Translations under genes and position numbers: made by a program
Notes under the pieces: model-generated
Databases searched by the model: none
Told to the model about the DNA's origin: nothing
The model's input: only the letters and a program-made list of their open reading frames with translations
From: a virus
Taxonomy: Duplodnaviria > Caudoviricetes
Virus record (IMG/VR): IMGVR_UViG_3300027835_000010
Coordinates: 1 to 40,246 of that record
DNA length: 40,246 bases
Strand: one strand, 5' to 3'
Shown: piece after piece, positions 26,376-35,626 of the stretch
Numbering within the stretch: position 1 is the first letter of the stretch
How the letters are laid out: each line of letters opens with the position of its first letter

Positions 26376-28294
26376 TGGGACGGTATATTTCCGGGGATGG
26401 CGCCGCCACCTCTGGCGCCTCGGTATCGGGCGCAACTCAGGTGACCGTGACCGCCAGCGATGCCTTCGCCGCGGGCGATCCGGTCTTTGTCGACTGGAAA
26501 ACCGGGTCGATCAACAACCTGAACGGCATGTTTTCGGCCGCCGCCGCCCTGACCGCTGGTCCGGCAACCGTGTATTACACGGCGGCCGACCATGCCACTT
26601 CGACCTTCGCCGGCTCGACCGCGGTCACTCTGGCCGACGGCGCAACTGTCCTGTTCGTCGCTTCGCGGGATGCGGCGAACAATCGCAAGCTGATAGCCTA
26701 CAAATACAGCGCGAAGGGTGCGCTGCTGGCCAAAAATCAGCTGGCGACGCAGACCAGCAGCATCGGCGCGCTGATTGCGGCCGTCCTGTCCAACGGCAAC
26801 ATCGCCCTTGGTTACCTGTCGGCCAGCGCCAGCGGAGTCTGGCTGATCATCGGCCCGACCATGCAGATCATCACCAGCGGCGTCAGCGCCGGAGCGTCGC
26901 AGCGACACATTCAGCCGACCAGCAACGGCGGCTTCATTCTCGTTCATTCCAGCGGCATCTCGTTCATTTCGGCGGCCGGCGCGGTCACGGATATCATCGC
27001 GTCGACTTCCACGGACTTGGCGATCTCGGACGAGGTCAACGGCGACCAGTTGACCCATGACACGCCGGCCTGTCAGGGCCTCATCAATTACCGGCCGGCG
27101 GCGATCTCGGCCGGCGGCTATGGCTATATTGGCTATAACACCACCGAAGCCTACTACGTGGCCGTGAATGCCGACGGCAGTCTGCGTAGCGGTCCGGTGA
27201 CCTTGCAGTCGGGGATGGGTGGCCTTGCCGACGTGAAATATGCCGTGTCGTCGACCGGCGCGATCATGTGGGCGGCAAGCTCAAACCTCGGCACCGGCTA
27301 TTATGGCGTCATCACCGACGCCGGCGTCACGGTCAAGGCCGCGACCGCGCTGACCGGCATCGCTAACAACGGCAGCAGCGGCGGTTATCTGCGCCTCGTA
27401 TCGGACACGGCCGGCGGGTTCGTGCTGATCGGCGGCGACAACACCAGCGGCACGCAGGCGTGGTCCATCCTGTGCACCTCGTCCGCCGGTGCTGCGGTCG
27501 CCGGCTTCCCTAAGGCGTTGATCTCGGGGTGCCAATTCCCGCGGTTCGCTATTGCCCGGCTGAGCACCGGCACGGTGTGCGTCTACCCGGCCGCAGGATC
27601 GTATGGGCTGCGTTATACCTTCGTCAACCTCGCCGGCACGTTTGCGGTGCATGGCGCGAGCATCTACAGCTTCGGCGGCGGCGCCAGCGACGAAGCGATT
27701 TCTTTACTGACACTCAACGACACCGTGTATGGCGTGGCGACCGCCGGCGCTGGCGGCGCGGCGGATGCAATCATCTTTTACATCGTCACTACCGGGGCTC
27801 TGGCCGTAGCGACTTGCGGCCTCGGCATCAGCCCGGTCCCGACCAAGATGCTGCGCATGCTCCCGGACCCGGTCGAGACGGGCATCCATGTGGTGGGCAG
27901 CAGTGCCACACAGACGGTGGTGGCCACCTACGGCCTGAGCCTCGACCAGGGGTCCGTCTATACGATCGCCAACGTGCTCGCTGACGCCCATATCCGCCGC
28001 TACGGCTATGGGTTGCTGTTCTGCGATACCGGCGGCACCGGCGGCAGCAGCAATTCCTTTGTCACCGCCACCCCGGCCAATGCCGCCGCTTTCGTCAAGG
28101 CCAAGCCGACGGTGCTGCTTGGGGTCGCGGCGGCGGATGTCGCGGCGGGCGGGCAGCTTGCCGTCAACACCCAAGGCACCTATACGTGCCTCAACTGGCG
28201 GACGGCCGGGCAGAATTTCGACCATTCCGCAAACAATCCAGCCGGCAATGCCGGCAGCGTCAACAATGGCGTGATCCATCTCAAGGGGCTTTAG
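26375..28294 (+). CDS. Putative receptor-binding/fiber protein (G/A/S/T-rich, beta-propeller-like core)
   Basis: TGATG coupling; repeated LSNGN/LADG/TSNGG-type beta hairpins; fiber-locus position. Confidence 0.7.
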   Translation: MGRYISGDGAATSGASVSGATQVTVTASDAFAAGDPVFVDWKTGSINNLNGMFSAAAALTAGPATVYYTAADHATSTFAGSTAVTLADGATVLFVASRDAANNRKLIAYKYSAKGALLAKNQLATQTSSIGALIAAVLSNGNIALGYLSASASGVWLIIGPTMQIITSGVSAGASQRHIQPTSNGGFILVHSSGISFISAAGAVTDIIASTSTDLAISDEVNGDQLTHDTPACQGLINYRPAAISAGGYGYIGYNTTEAYYVAVNADGSLRSGPVTLQSGMGGLADVKYAVSSTGAIMWAASSNLGTGYYGVITDAGVTVKAATALTGIANNGSSGGYLRLVSDTAGGFVLIGGDNTSGTQAWSILCTSSAGAAVAGFPKALISGCQFPRFAIARLSTGTVCVYPAAGSYGLRYTFVNLAGTFAVHGASIYSFGGGASDEAISLLTLNDTVYGVATAGAGGAADAIIFYIVTTGALAVATCGLGISPVPTKMLRMLPDPVETGIHVVGSSATQTVVATYGLSLDQGSVYTIANVLADAHIRRYGYGLLFCDTGGTGGSSNSFVTATPANAAAFVKAKPTVLLGVAAADVAAGGQLAVNTQGTYTCLNWRTAGQNFDHSANNPAGNAGSVNNGVIHLKGL

Positions 28295-28297
28295 GTC

Positions 28298-28687
28298 ATG
28301 CCGACACTCATCGACGCGGCGGGCAACCGCCACGACTACACCACGCTGGTCGAGCATCAGGACAGCGTACAGTTGGACGGCGGGCGGTTTATTGCCGGCC
28401 GATTGTCCGACTTCACCCTGGAAACAGCATCCCCGACCGAACTGTCGGTGCTCGACTTCCTGGCACTATTCACGGTGCGCGAAGAAGCCCGCATCAAGAA
28501 ATCGACCGACGAGGTCGTGTCGGTGTTCTACGGCCGCCTGACGAACTCTCGCCGCGAGACCGTGCGCCTCGCCCACCCCGACACGATCGACGGCGTTCGC
28601 TACTGCGAAAGCCTGCTCGACGGCGACACACCCGAGGCCCGCGCGGCCCGCGCCGAGCGCATCCTCGCCGGATCGCCGCCGGATTAG
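28298..28687 (+). CDS. Hypothetical protein, probable fiber chaperone
   Basis: LSVLDFLALFTVREE...HPDTIDGV...RAERILAG pattern seen after fiber genes. Confidence 0.65.
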   Translation: MPTLIDAAGNRHDYTTLVEHQDSVQLDGGRFIAGRLSDFTLETASPTELSVLDFLALFTVREEARIKKSTDEVVSVFYGRLTNSRRETVRLAHPDTIDGVRYCESLLDGDTPEARAARAERILAGSPPD

Positions 28688-28785
28688 GGCTGCCCGGACC
28701 CGCTTTCGGGCAACCCGAGGCCACTCGCGCCCCTTGCCGACAAGATGGAGGGTGAGCCGGTTCCATGGACCGGAGTCGGCTCCCT

Positions 28786-30189
28786 ATGACCGAAAATTTC
28801 CTGCATGGCGTCGAGGTCATCGAGGTTGAGGATGGCCTCCGCCCGATCCGCACCGTTCGTTCCTCTGTCATCGGCGTCGTCGGCACGGCGCCCGACGCGG
28901 ATGCCGCCAAGTTTCCCCTCAATGTCCCGGTGCTGATCGCCGGCCGGCGCTCGGACGCCGCCGGCCTCGGCACTTCCGGCACCCTGGCGAAGGCCATCGA
29001 CGCCATCTTCGACCAGGCCGGCGCGGTCGTGGTGGTCATTCGCGTCGAGGAAGGCGCGGACGCCAAGGCGACGCGGCTCAACGTCCTCGGCGGCATCGAC
29101 GCCAACACCGGCGCCTACACCGGGGTTCATGCTCTGGTGGCAGCCGAGAGCAAGCTCGGCTTCACCCCGCGCGTCCTGATTGCCCCCGGCTTCACCCATG
29201 AGCGCATTTCCGGCGGCGTCACCGGCATCGCCATCACGGCCGGCGGAACGGGCTACACGACGGCGCCGGCAGTGACGATCAACGGCGATGGCGAGGGCGC
29301 GATCGCCACGGCGACGGTTGTCGGCGGCGTCGTCACCAGCATCACCGTCACCAATCCCGGCGAGGGTTACACCGCCGCCACCGTCACCATTGCCGGCGAC
29401 GGCACCGGCGCGACGGCCAATGCCAGTACCGGCGAGGTGCGCAACGCCATCGTCGCCGAGCTGCTCGGTATCGCCAACCGCCTGCGCGCCGTCATCATCG
29501 CCGATGGGCCGAGCACCACCGACGCCGCCGCCATCGCCTATCGTAGCGATTGGGGCTCGGATCGCATCTACGTCATCGACCCGCGTTGCCTGATCCTCGA
29601 CCCGCTGACCGGCAATTTCGCGCCCGACTGGATGAGCCCGCGCGTCGCCGGCATCATCGCCCGTATCGACGATCAGCGCGGTTTCTGGTGGTCGCCGTCC
29701 AACAACGAGGTATTCGGCATCGTCGGCACCGAGCGCTCGATCAACTTCAGCCTCGGCGACCCGAGCAGCCGCGCCAATTTGCTGAACGAGCGCGAGGTCG
29801 CCACCGTCATCCGCGAGGACGGCTTCCGGCTGTGGGGCAACCGCACCACCGCCATGGATCCCAAATACGCCTTCCTGTGCGTGCGCCGCACCGCCGATAT
29901 GATCGCCGAGTCCATCCTGCGCGCCCATCTGTGGGCGGTCGATCGCTGCATCACCAAGACCTATGTCGAGGACGTGTCCGAGGGCGTGCGCCAGTATCTG
30001 CGCTCGCTCAAGGCCCGCGGCGCCATCCTCGGCGGCGACGTCTGGATCGACCCTGAGCTCAACACGCCGGCCAGCATCGCCTCCGGCCGGGTGTATCTCG
30101 ACTACGATTTCACGCCGCCTTATCCGGCTGAGCGCGTGTCGTTTCGTCAGCATCTGGTCAACAAGTACATCACCGAAATCTTCAAATAA
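28786..30189 (+). CDS. Contractile tail sheath protein (P2 FI-like)
   Basis: [43 protein letters not shown]. Confidence 0.96.
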   Translation: MTENFLHGVEVIEVEDGLRPIRTVRSSVIGVVGTAPDADAAKFPLNVPVLIAGRRSDAAGLGTSGTLAKAIDAIFDQAGAVVVVIRVEEGADAKATRLNVLGGIDANTGAYTGVHALVAAESKLGFTPRVLIAPGFTHERISGGVTGIAITAGGTGYTTAPAVTINGDGEGAIATATVVGGVVTSITVTNPGEGYTAATVTIAGDGTGATANASTGEVRNAIVAELLGIANRLRAVIIADGPSTTDAAAIAYRSDWGSDRIYVIDPRCLILDPLTGNFAPDWMSPRVAGIIARIDDQRGFWWSPSNNEVFGIVGTERSINFSLGDPSSRANLLNEREVATVIREDGFRLWGNRTTAMDPKYAFLCVRRTADMIAESILRAHLWAVDRCITKTYVEDVSEGVRQYLRSLKARGAILGGDVWIDPELNTPASIASGRVYLDYDFTPPYPAERVSFRQHLVNKYITEIFK

Positions 30190-30201
30190 GGAACCGGGGC
30201 G

Positions 30202-30708
30202 ATGGCAATTCCGCGCACCCTCAAGGATTTCAATCTGTTCATCGACGGTCGCGGCTACGCCGGCAAGGTCGAGGAGCTGGAATTACCCAAGCTCACCGTC
30301 AAGACCGAGGAATATCGCGGCGGCGGCATGGACGGTGCGGTCGAAATCGACATGGGCACCGAGAAACTCGAGGCCAAGATCGTGCTGGCCGAATACGAGC
30401 CGGAGGTTCTCAAGCTGTGGGGCCTTGCCGACGGTTCGGCGGTCCAGCTGACCGCCCGCGGTGCGCTGCAGGCCGACGGCCTGGCAGTGGTCCCGGTCGT
30501 CGTCAATTTGCGCGGCTCAATCAAGGAACTGGATTGGGGGGCGTGGAAATCCGGCGACCGGGCGACGCTGTCGCTCGCCGTCGCCGCGCGGTACTACCGC
30601 CTCGATATGAGCGGTAGCGAGATCATCGAAATCGACATCGAAAACAAGATTCGCAAGGTTGGCGGTGTCGACCAGATCGCCGCTATCCGCGCCGCCATCG
30701 GCCTGTAA
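30202..30708 (+). CDS. Tail tube protein (P2 FII-like)
   Basis: PRTLKDFNLFIDG, LPKL...EEYRGGGMDG, EIDIEN...GGVD. Confidence 0.96.
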   Translation: MAIPRTLKDFNLFIDGRGYAGKVEELELPKLTVKTEEYRGGGMDGAVEIDMGTEKLEAKIVLAEYEPEVLKLWGLADGSAVQLTARGALQADGLAVVPVVVNLRGSIKELDWGAWKSGDRATLSLAVAARYYRLDMSGSEIIEIDIENKIRKVGGVDQIAAIRAAIGL

Positions 30709-30729
30709 CGCAACAGCAAGGGAAAGACC

Positions 30730-31005
30730 ATGAGCCGTCACGTTGATATCGCCCTCACCTACCCCGTCACTATCGACGGTGTCGAGGTCAGCGCGCTGCG
30801 CATGCGCCGCGCCACCGCCCGCGACGAGATCGCCTATCAGAAGCGCAGCGGCAGCCCCGGCGAGAGGGCCGCGCACCTGTTCGCCTCCCTGTGCGAAATC
30901 CCGCCCAACTCCGTCCTCGACATGGACGTCGCCGATTTCGCCAAGCTCGAGGACGCCTACACGGGTTTTCGTCCCTCCCCCTCCAGGACATCCGACGAGC
31001 CGTAA
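30730..31005 (+). CDS. Tail assembly chaperone (gpE-like)
   Basis: LTYPVTIDG...LRMRR...LFASLC...MDVADF; between tube and tape measure. Confidence 0.9.
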   Translation: MSRHVDIALTYPVTIDGVEVSALRMRRATARDEIAYQKRSGSPGERAAHLFASLCEIPPNSVLDMDVADFAKLEDAYTGFRPSPSRTSDEP

Positions 31006-31118
31006 TCGCTCTTGCGGACCTGACTGGATGGGGGCTGGCGGAGCTCCTCGACCTCGATATTGAGGAGCTTCTTGACTGGCTTGAGGCGGCGACCGCGCAC
31101 CACAAAAGGGCGAAATAG
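30963..31118 (+). CDS. -1 frameshift extension of the chaperone (gpE+E'-like)
   Basis: In-frame slippery heptamer G GGT TTT at 30963-30969; the -1 frame reads ...LADLTGWGLAELLDLDIEELLDWLEAA, like P2 E'. Confidence 0.88.
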   Translation, partial: GFSSLPLQDIRRAVIALADLTGWGLAELLDLDIEELLDWLEAATAHHKRAK

Positions 31119-31126
31119 GGGGCGCG

Positions 31127-33613
31127 ATGGCTTCGGTGTTTTCGGTCGTCGTCAATATCGGCGCGAGAATCGGCGCGAGCCTCGATGCCGCTCAGCGGCG
31201 CCTCGATCGGCTTGGTCGGGGTATCCAGGGGCAACGCGCCGCCTATCGCGCCCAGATCGGTGACGCTGTCGCCCTCGGCGCCAGCCTGTACGGCCTGCTC
31301 AATCCCGCCATCGAATTCGAGTCCGCGATGGCCGACGTCAACAAGGTGGTCGATTTCAAGGATCCGGTTGCCGGGCTCAAAGCCATGGAAAACCAGATCA
31401 AGTCCATGGCCCGCGACATCCCTCTGACGCATGAGGGGCTCTTGCAGATCGCCGCCTCAGGCGGGCGCATGGGCATCGCCGAGGATAAGCTTGCCCAATA
31501 CACCGAAATGGTCGCCAAGATGTCCGCCGCCTGGGAAATGGCCCCCGACGCGGCCGGTGAGGCGATGGGCAAGATTTCCAATGTCCTCGGCCTGACCATG
31601 GATCAGACGGCCAAGCTGGGTGACGCCATCAACAAGCTCGACGACTCCAGCACCGCCAAGGCGGCCGAGATCGCCGGCTTCATGAAACGCACCTCCGGCA
31701 CCGGCAAGCAATTCGGCCTCAAACCGCAGGAATTGGCCGCGCTCGGAACAGCCATGATCGACCTCGGTGCGACCGAGGAAATCGCCGCAACCGGCACCAA
31801 TGCACTGCTGACCAGGCTGCAGTCGGCGCCGATCCAAACGGCGAAGTTTCAGGCGGCGCTGAAGAAACTCGGCTGGTCGGCCAAGGGCATGCAAAAGGCA
31901 ATCGGCCGCGACGCTCAAGGCACCCTGACCGAATTCCTTGGCACCCTGACCGAATTGTCGGACACCCAGCGCGCCAACGTTCTCGGAGAAATGTTCGGCG
32001 CGGAGTACGGCGATGACATCGCCCGTCTGGTCGGCGGGATGGACAAATACAGACAGCACCTCGCTTTGGTGAGTAAGGAGGAAAATTACCTCGGCAGCGT
32101 ACAAAAAGAATTCGAGGTCCGCACCAAGACGACAAAAAACCAACTCGTTGTCTTCAACAACCGCATCCGCGAAGTCGGCATCATCATTGGTGCGACGGTT
32201 CTGCCGGCGCTGAATCGGCTTCTGGCGAAGGTCGGGCCTGTCCTGACCCAGGCGGGAGAATGGATCGAACGCAACGACAAGCTGGTCGGCACCCTGGCAA
32301 CCGTCGGGGTCGGGTTGATCGGCTTCAAGATCGCCACCATCGGCGTCGGCTACGCCTGGACCTTCCTTGCCGGCGGCGTGCTGGCCGGCTCAAGGGCGTT
32401 GCTCGGCGCCGGCCGTATCCTGCTGACGCTGCTCAATCCGCTGGCCCTGGTGCGCGGCGCCTTCGTCGCGCTGCGCGTCGCCATGCTGGCGACACCGGTC
32501 GGCGCCGTGGTGGCCGGCCTCGCCATCGCCGGGGCATGGGTCTACAACAACTGGCACAATGTCACCATCGCCTTCGACGCCTTCGCCAGTTCCTTCATGC
32601 GGGCGATAGAGCCGGTTCTGCCGATCCTGCAGCCGGTAACGGACAAGATCGGCGTTCTGTGGGACAGGCTTGCCGCCCTGGTGGCGCCGATCGAGGGGGC
32701 CGAAAGCGCCTTCCTGCAATTCGGCGGCAATCTCGGTCGGATGGTTGGCGAGGCCGTGGTCTGGCTGGTCGATCTGCCGGACACGGTCGATACGGCATTG
32801 ACGTCCGCAGCGACCGCATTCGTCGATTGGACGAACCGCGCCGACGCGGCCGTTCAGGCCCTGCCGGGCCGGATCGGCGAGGGCCTACGCACTGCCGGCG
32901 CGATGCTCGGACAGGTGATGCTCGGCCTCGCCGGGCAGATGCTCGACGCCTTCCTGTCAATCGAATGGGTGAACGCCGGTGTGCGGCTGGTCGGCATGAT
33001 CGTCGAGGGCATCAAGAGCGCAGCCTCCTCCCTGGCGGACGCGGTGCGCGGGGCCCTCAACGACGTGCGGCAATATCTGCCGTTTTCCGACGCGAAAATC
33101 GGCCCCATGTCCAACCTCACGGACTCCGGCCGCGCCGTTGTCACCACCCTTGGCGAGGGCGTCAAGAATGCCGGCTCCTCCCCGATCGCCGCGCCCCTGT
33201 CACGGGCGATGGACGGCGCCATGGTCGGCGCCGGAATCCAGGCGGCCGCAGCCAACAATAATTCCCCTACCGCCAACGACAATCTCGAACCGGCCGGCGG
33301 TCGCGGCGCCGCCGGCCGGCGGCTGCGCGACGCGGTAGAGCGGTCGCCGGCACCGGCCGAAGCTCCGGCGCCGGCCGGTGCGATGTCGCAGCCGCAATCC
33401 GCAGCCCCCCTTGCCGGTGTCATCCCCGCCCCCGCGGCAGCACCGGCGGGCGCTGCCGCCGCGCCCGCCACCGTCATTACCAACACCATCACCGTCAATT
33501 TGACGGTCTCGCCCAACATCGAGGCCGAGTCCTTCCGCCGGGGCGTGGAAGAGGTGCTGGAGCGGGTCGTCGGCGACATGGAGCACCGCCAGCGCTCTGC
33601 CCTGTACCATTAG
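31127..33613 (+). CDS. Tail tape measure protein
   Basis: AIEFESAMADVNKVVDF, IAASGG.MG, LGDAIN.L, FG.EY TP901-type core; PFSDAKIGPMSNL motif. Confidence 0.95.
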   Translation: MASVFSVVVNIGARIGASLDAAQRRLDRLGRGIQGQRAAYRAQIGDAVALGASLYGLLNPAIEFESAMADVNKVVDFKDPVAGLKAMENQIKSMARDIPLTHEGLLQIAASGGRMGIAEDKLAQYTEMVAKMSAAWEMAPDAAGEAMGKISNVLGLTMDQTAKLGDAINKLDDSSTAKAAEIAGFMKRTSGTGKQFGLKPQELAALGTAMIDLGATEEIAATGTNALLTRLQSAPIQTAKFQAALKKLGWSAKGMQKAIGRDAQGTLTEFLGTLTELSDTQRANVLGEMFGAEYGDDIARLVGGMDKYRQHLALVSKEENYLGSVQKEFEVRTKTTKNQLVVFNNRIREVGIIIGATVLPALNRLLAKVGPVLTQAGEWIERNDKLVGTLATVGVGLIGFKIATIGVGYAWTFLAGGVLAGSRALLGAGRILLTLLNPLALVRGAFVALRVAMLATPVGAVVAGLAIAGAWVYNNWHNVTIAFDAFASSFMRAIEPVLPILQPVTDKIGVLWDRLAALVAPIEGAESAFLQFGGNLGRMVGEAVVWLVDLPDTVDTALTSAATAFVDWTNRADAAVQALPGRIGEGLRTAGAMLGQVMLGLAGQMLDAFLSIEWVNAGVRLVGMIVEGIKSAASSLADAVRGALNDVRQYLPFSDAKIGPMSNLTDSGRAVVTTLGEGVKNAGSSPIAAPLSRAMDGAMVGAGIQAAAANNNSPTANDNLEPAGGRGAAGRRLRDAVERSPAPAEAPAPAGAMSQPQSAAPLAGVIPAPAAAPAGAAAAPATVITNTITVNLTVSPNIEAESFRRGVEEVLERVVGDMEHRQRSALYH

Positions 33614-33798
33614 CTTGAGGGGGCTTTCTTACCCTGTGGCGATACCGCCACACCTTACCATGAAAATCCTTCCATAGTAAGCATCGCTATAATATCAGGT
33701 TGATGCCGCGAAAAGTCGTATTAGATTTTAAGTGGCTACGTATCGCAATTTTTTGCACGTAGATTATCACTATCGGCTAAACGCTACGAAGGTGCATC

Positions 33799-34329
33799 AT
33801 GGACATGAATATCATAGCGCTTGGAATTCCATTTTTTGGAACTCTATATTTTAGTTTCTTCCTTTATAGCGCAATCCATGAAGGCGGCCATTACGTGGCT
33901 GCGCGCTCCTTGAGCTTCCGGGTTACCCGGTTCTGCTTTGGCCCATCCACCGGCGGACTTGCCTGGGAAGAGGGAAAGGGTTTTCGTTTTCTCGGCTTCA
34001 AACATCATGCTCATATCGATGGCCCCGACATGTCCGGTCGCGGGCTAGCAGTCGTTATTGGCGCGGGCGCTTTTGCAAATACCCTGACCGCTATTTCCTG
34101 CCTTGTGGCAGCTTTTTTTCTTGAAAACAACGCCCTGCAATGGGCTCTCCTCGGAGCTTGGCGCAATTTCGGGATGGAGCTTGTTAACAGTCCGCTGGCA
34201 GCCTTCTTGTTTACATCTATACTCGCGCACTCGATTGGTTCCGCCAATTTGCTTCCGTTTAAAGTGTTTGGGGCTGAATCCGACGGATGGTTGCTTCGTC
34301 AGATCTGGCGTGGCGAGAAAATAAAGTAG
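33799..34329 (+). CDS. M50 (site-2 protease) family membrane metallopeptidase, moron
   Basis: IHEGGHY (HExxH), AGAFAN, NLLP...SDG zinc-ligand motifs within hydrophobic helices; visibly AT-richer than flanks. Confidence 0.85.
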   Translation: MDMNIIALGIPFFGTLYFSFFLYSAIHEGGHYVAARSLSFRVTRFCFGPSTGGLAWEEGKGFRFLGFKHHAHIDGPDMSGRGLAVVIGAGAFANTLTAISCLVAAFFLENNALQWALLGAWRNFGMELVNSPLAAFLFTSILAHSIGSANLLPFKVFGAESDGWLLRQIWRGEKIK

Positions 34330-34363
34330 CATTGCGAGCAATGCTTGCCCCCTGATAGGTGAC

Positions 34364-34404
34364 ACCCGACCTCACTCTCGCTATTGCGGCCTCAACTGTA
34401 AGGT
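34364..34404 (+). promoter_or_regulatory. Putative late promoter 4 (U-X-D-lysis)
   Basis: ACCCGACCTC-N25-TAAGGT with ACCGGCGG at +53. Confidence 0.75.
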
Positions 34405-34437
34405 ATCTGAGGAGTAACCGGCGGAGTATGGCGCGAC

Positions 34438-35415
34438 ATGGCGGGCGTGATGATGGCGTTGGGCGATTACCGCTTTTCGCTCGACACCGCGGCCTTCGAG
34501 GCGCTGCAACGGCAGACCCAATACCGCTGGGTCGGGCAGGAACGACTCGGCCGCGAGTCCGCCTTTCAGTATCTTGGCCCCGGCGAGGACACGATCGACT
34601 TTTCCGGGGTCATCTACCCGCATTTTCGCGGTGGCCTCGGTCAGGTCGACGCCATGCGCGCCGAGGCTGCCAAGGGCGTTGCCTTGCTGCTGGTCGATGG
34701 TCGCGGCGGGGTGTGGGGTAATTACGTCATCAAGAGCATCAGCGAAACGCGCTCGATGCATTTCGATGATGGCACCCCGCGCCGCGTCGAATTCTCTCTG
34801 TCCCTGACGAAATACGGCGATGACGGCGAGACGGGGTCTGCCGCCGTGGTTTCCGCGACATCCGCCGCGCCGGCCGCTGCGATAACTCAGACATCGGCCT
34901 TGTCGTCGGCCTCAGCCATCAGCGAGGCGTGGGGCGCCGTCGGCGGCCTCGGCGCCACCCTCGGCGCCACCCTCGGCATTGCGGCGGAGGCGGTCACCAC
35001 CGTTGTTGATGCCGTCCAGGCGGTCGGCGTCACGGTCGATGCGGCCATCGGCGCCGTCAACGTCACCCTCGGCAACGTCACCAGCATCGTCACCAGCGTC
35101 GGGCAGGAATTGCCCGGCTTGGCGGCCGTCGGCGTCGACTCGGTCAGCGCCGCACTGTCCTATCTGCCGTGCAATGTCACGGCCGTCACCACTGGACTTG
35201 CCGCCGTCGGTATTGAGGCGACAGACTTCGCCGCGGCCTTCATCGCCTCGCCGGCCGCCACCCTGATCAATGTCGCCGAAAGCGTCGCTGCCCTGCCGGG
35301 CGACGTCGCGGCCGAGGTGGCGGGTCAAATCCTGCCCGGCCGCGGTGCCGACACCGTGCTCGCCATCGGCCGCAACGCCGCGGCGGCGCGCGCCGCCGCC
35401 GGCCTGGGGGCCTGA
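34438..35415 (+). CDS. Tail protein U (P2 gpU-like) with long Ala/Val-rich C-terminal extension
   Basis: MMALGDYRFSL, QYLGPGED, LLVDGRG.VWG, DGTPRRVEFSLSL in the first ~130 aa. Confidence 0.9.
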   Translation: MAGVMMALGDYRFSLDTAAFEALQRQTQYRWVGQERLGRESAFQYLGPGEDTIDFSGVIYPHFRGGLGQVDAMRAEAAKGVALLLVDGRGGVWGNYVIKSISETRSMHFDDGTPRRVEFSLSLTKYGDDGETGSAAVVSATSAAPAAAITQTSALSSASAISEAWGAVGGLGATLGATLGIAAEAVTTVVDAVQAVGVTVDAAIGAVNVTLGNVTSIVTSVGQELPGLAAVGVDSVSAALSYLPCNVTAVTTGLAAVGIEATDFAAAFIASPAATLINVAESVAALPGDVAAEVAGQILPGRGADTVLAIGRNAAAARAAAGLGA

Positions 35416-35416
35416 T

Positions 35417-35626
35417 ATGCAATACCGCACCAGCCAAGGCGACATGCTCGATTGGATCTGCTGGCGCCATTACGGCCGCACGGCGGAGACCGTCGAGGCC
35501 GTGCTGGAAGCCAACCCTGGCCTTGCCGACCACGGCCCGGTATTTTCCGCCGGCCTGCTGATCACCCTGCCGGAGGTGCCGGAACCCGAGCGCCAAACAC
35601 TGCCGCGGCTGTGGGGTAAACGATGA
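35417..35626 (+). CDS. Tail protein X (LysM-like)
   Basis: YRTSQGDMLDWICWRHYG...VLEANPGLA...ITLP...LW. Confidence 0.93.
   Translation: MQYRTSQGDMLDWICWRHYGRTAETVEAVLEANPGLADHGPVFSAGLLITLPEVPEPERQTLPRLWGKR

Noticed and set aside
25320-28687. Diversity-generating retroelement or invertible fiber cassette
   Set aside because: No reverse transcriptase, no invertase, and no template/variable repeat pair or inverted crossover sites seen by eye.
33652-33700. Possible minus-strand copy of the late-promoter motif (ACCTGATATT ... TAAGGT)
   Set aside because: Offset is 43 bp rather than the 35 bp of the four good copies.
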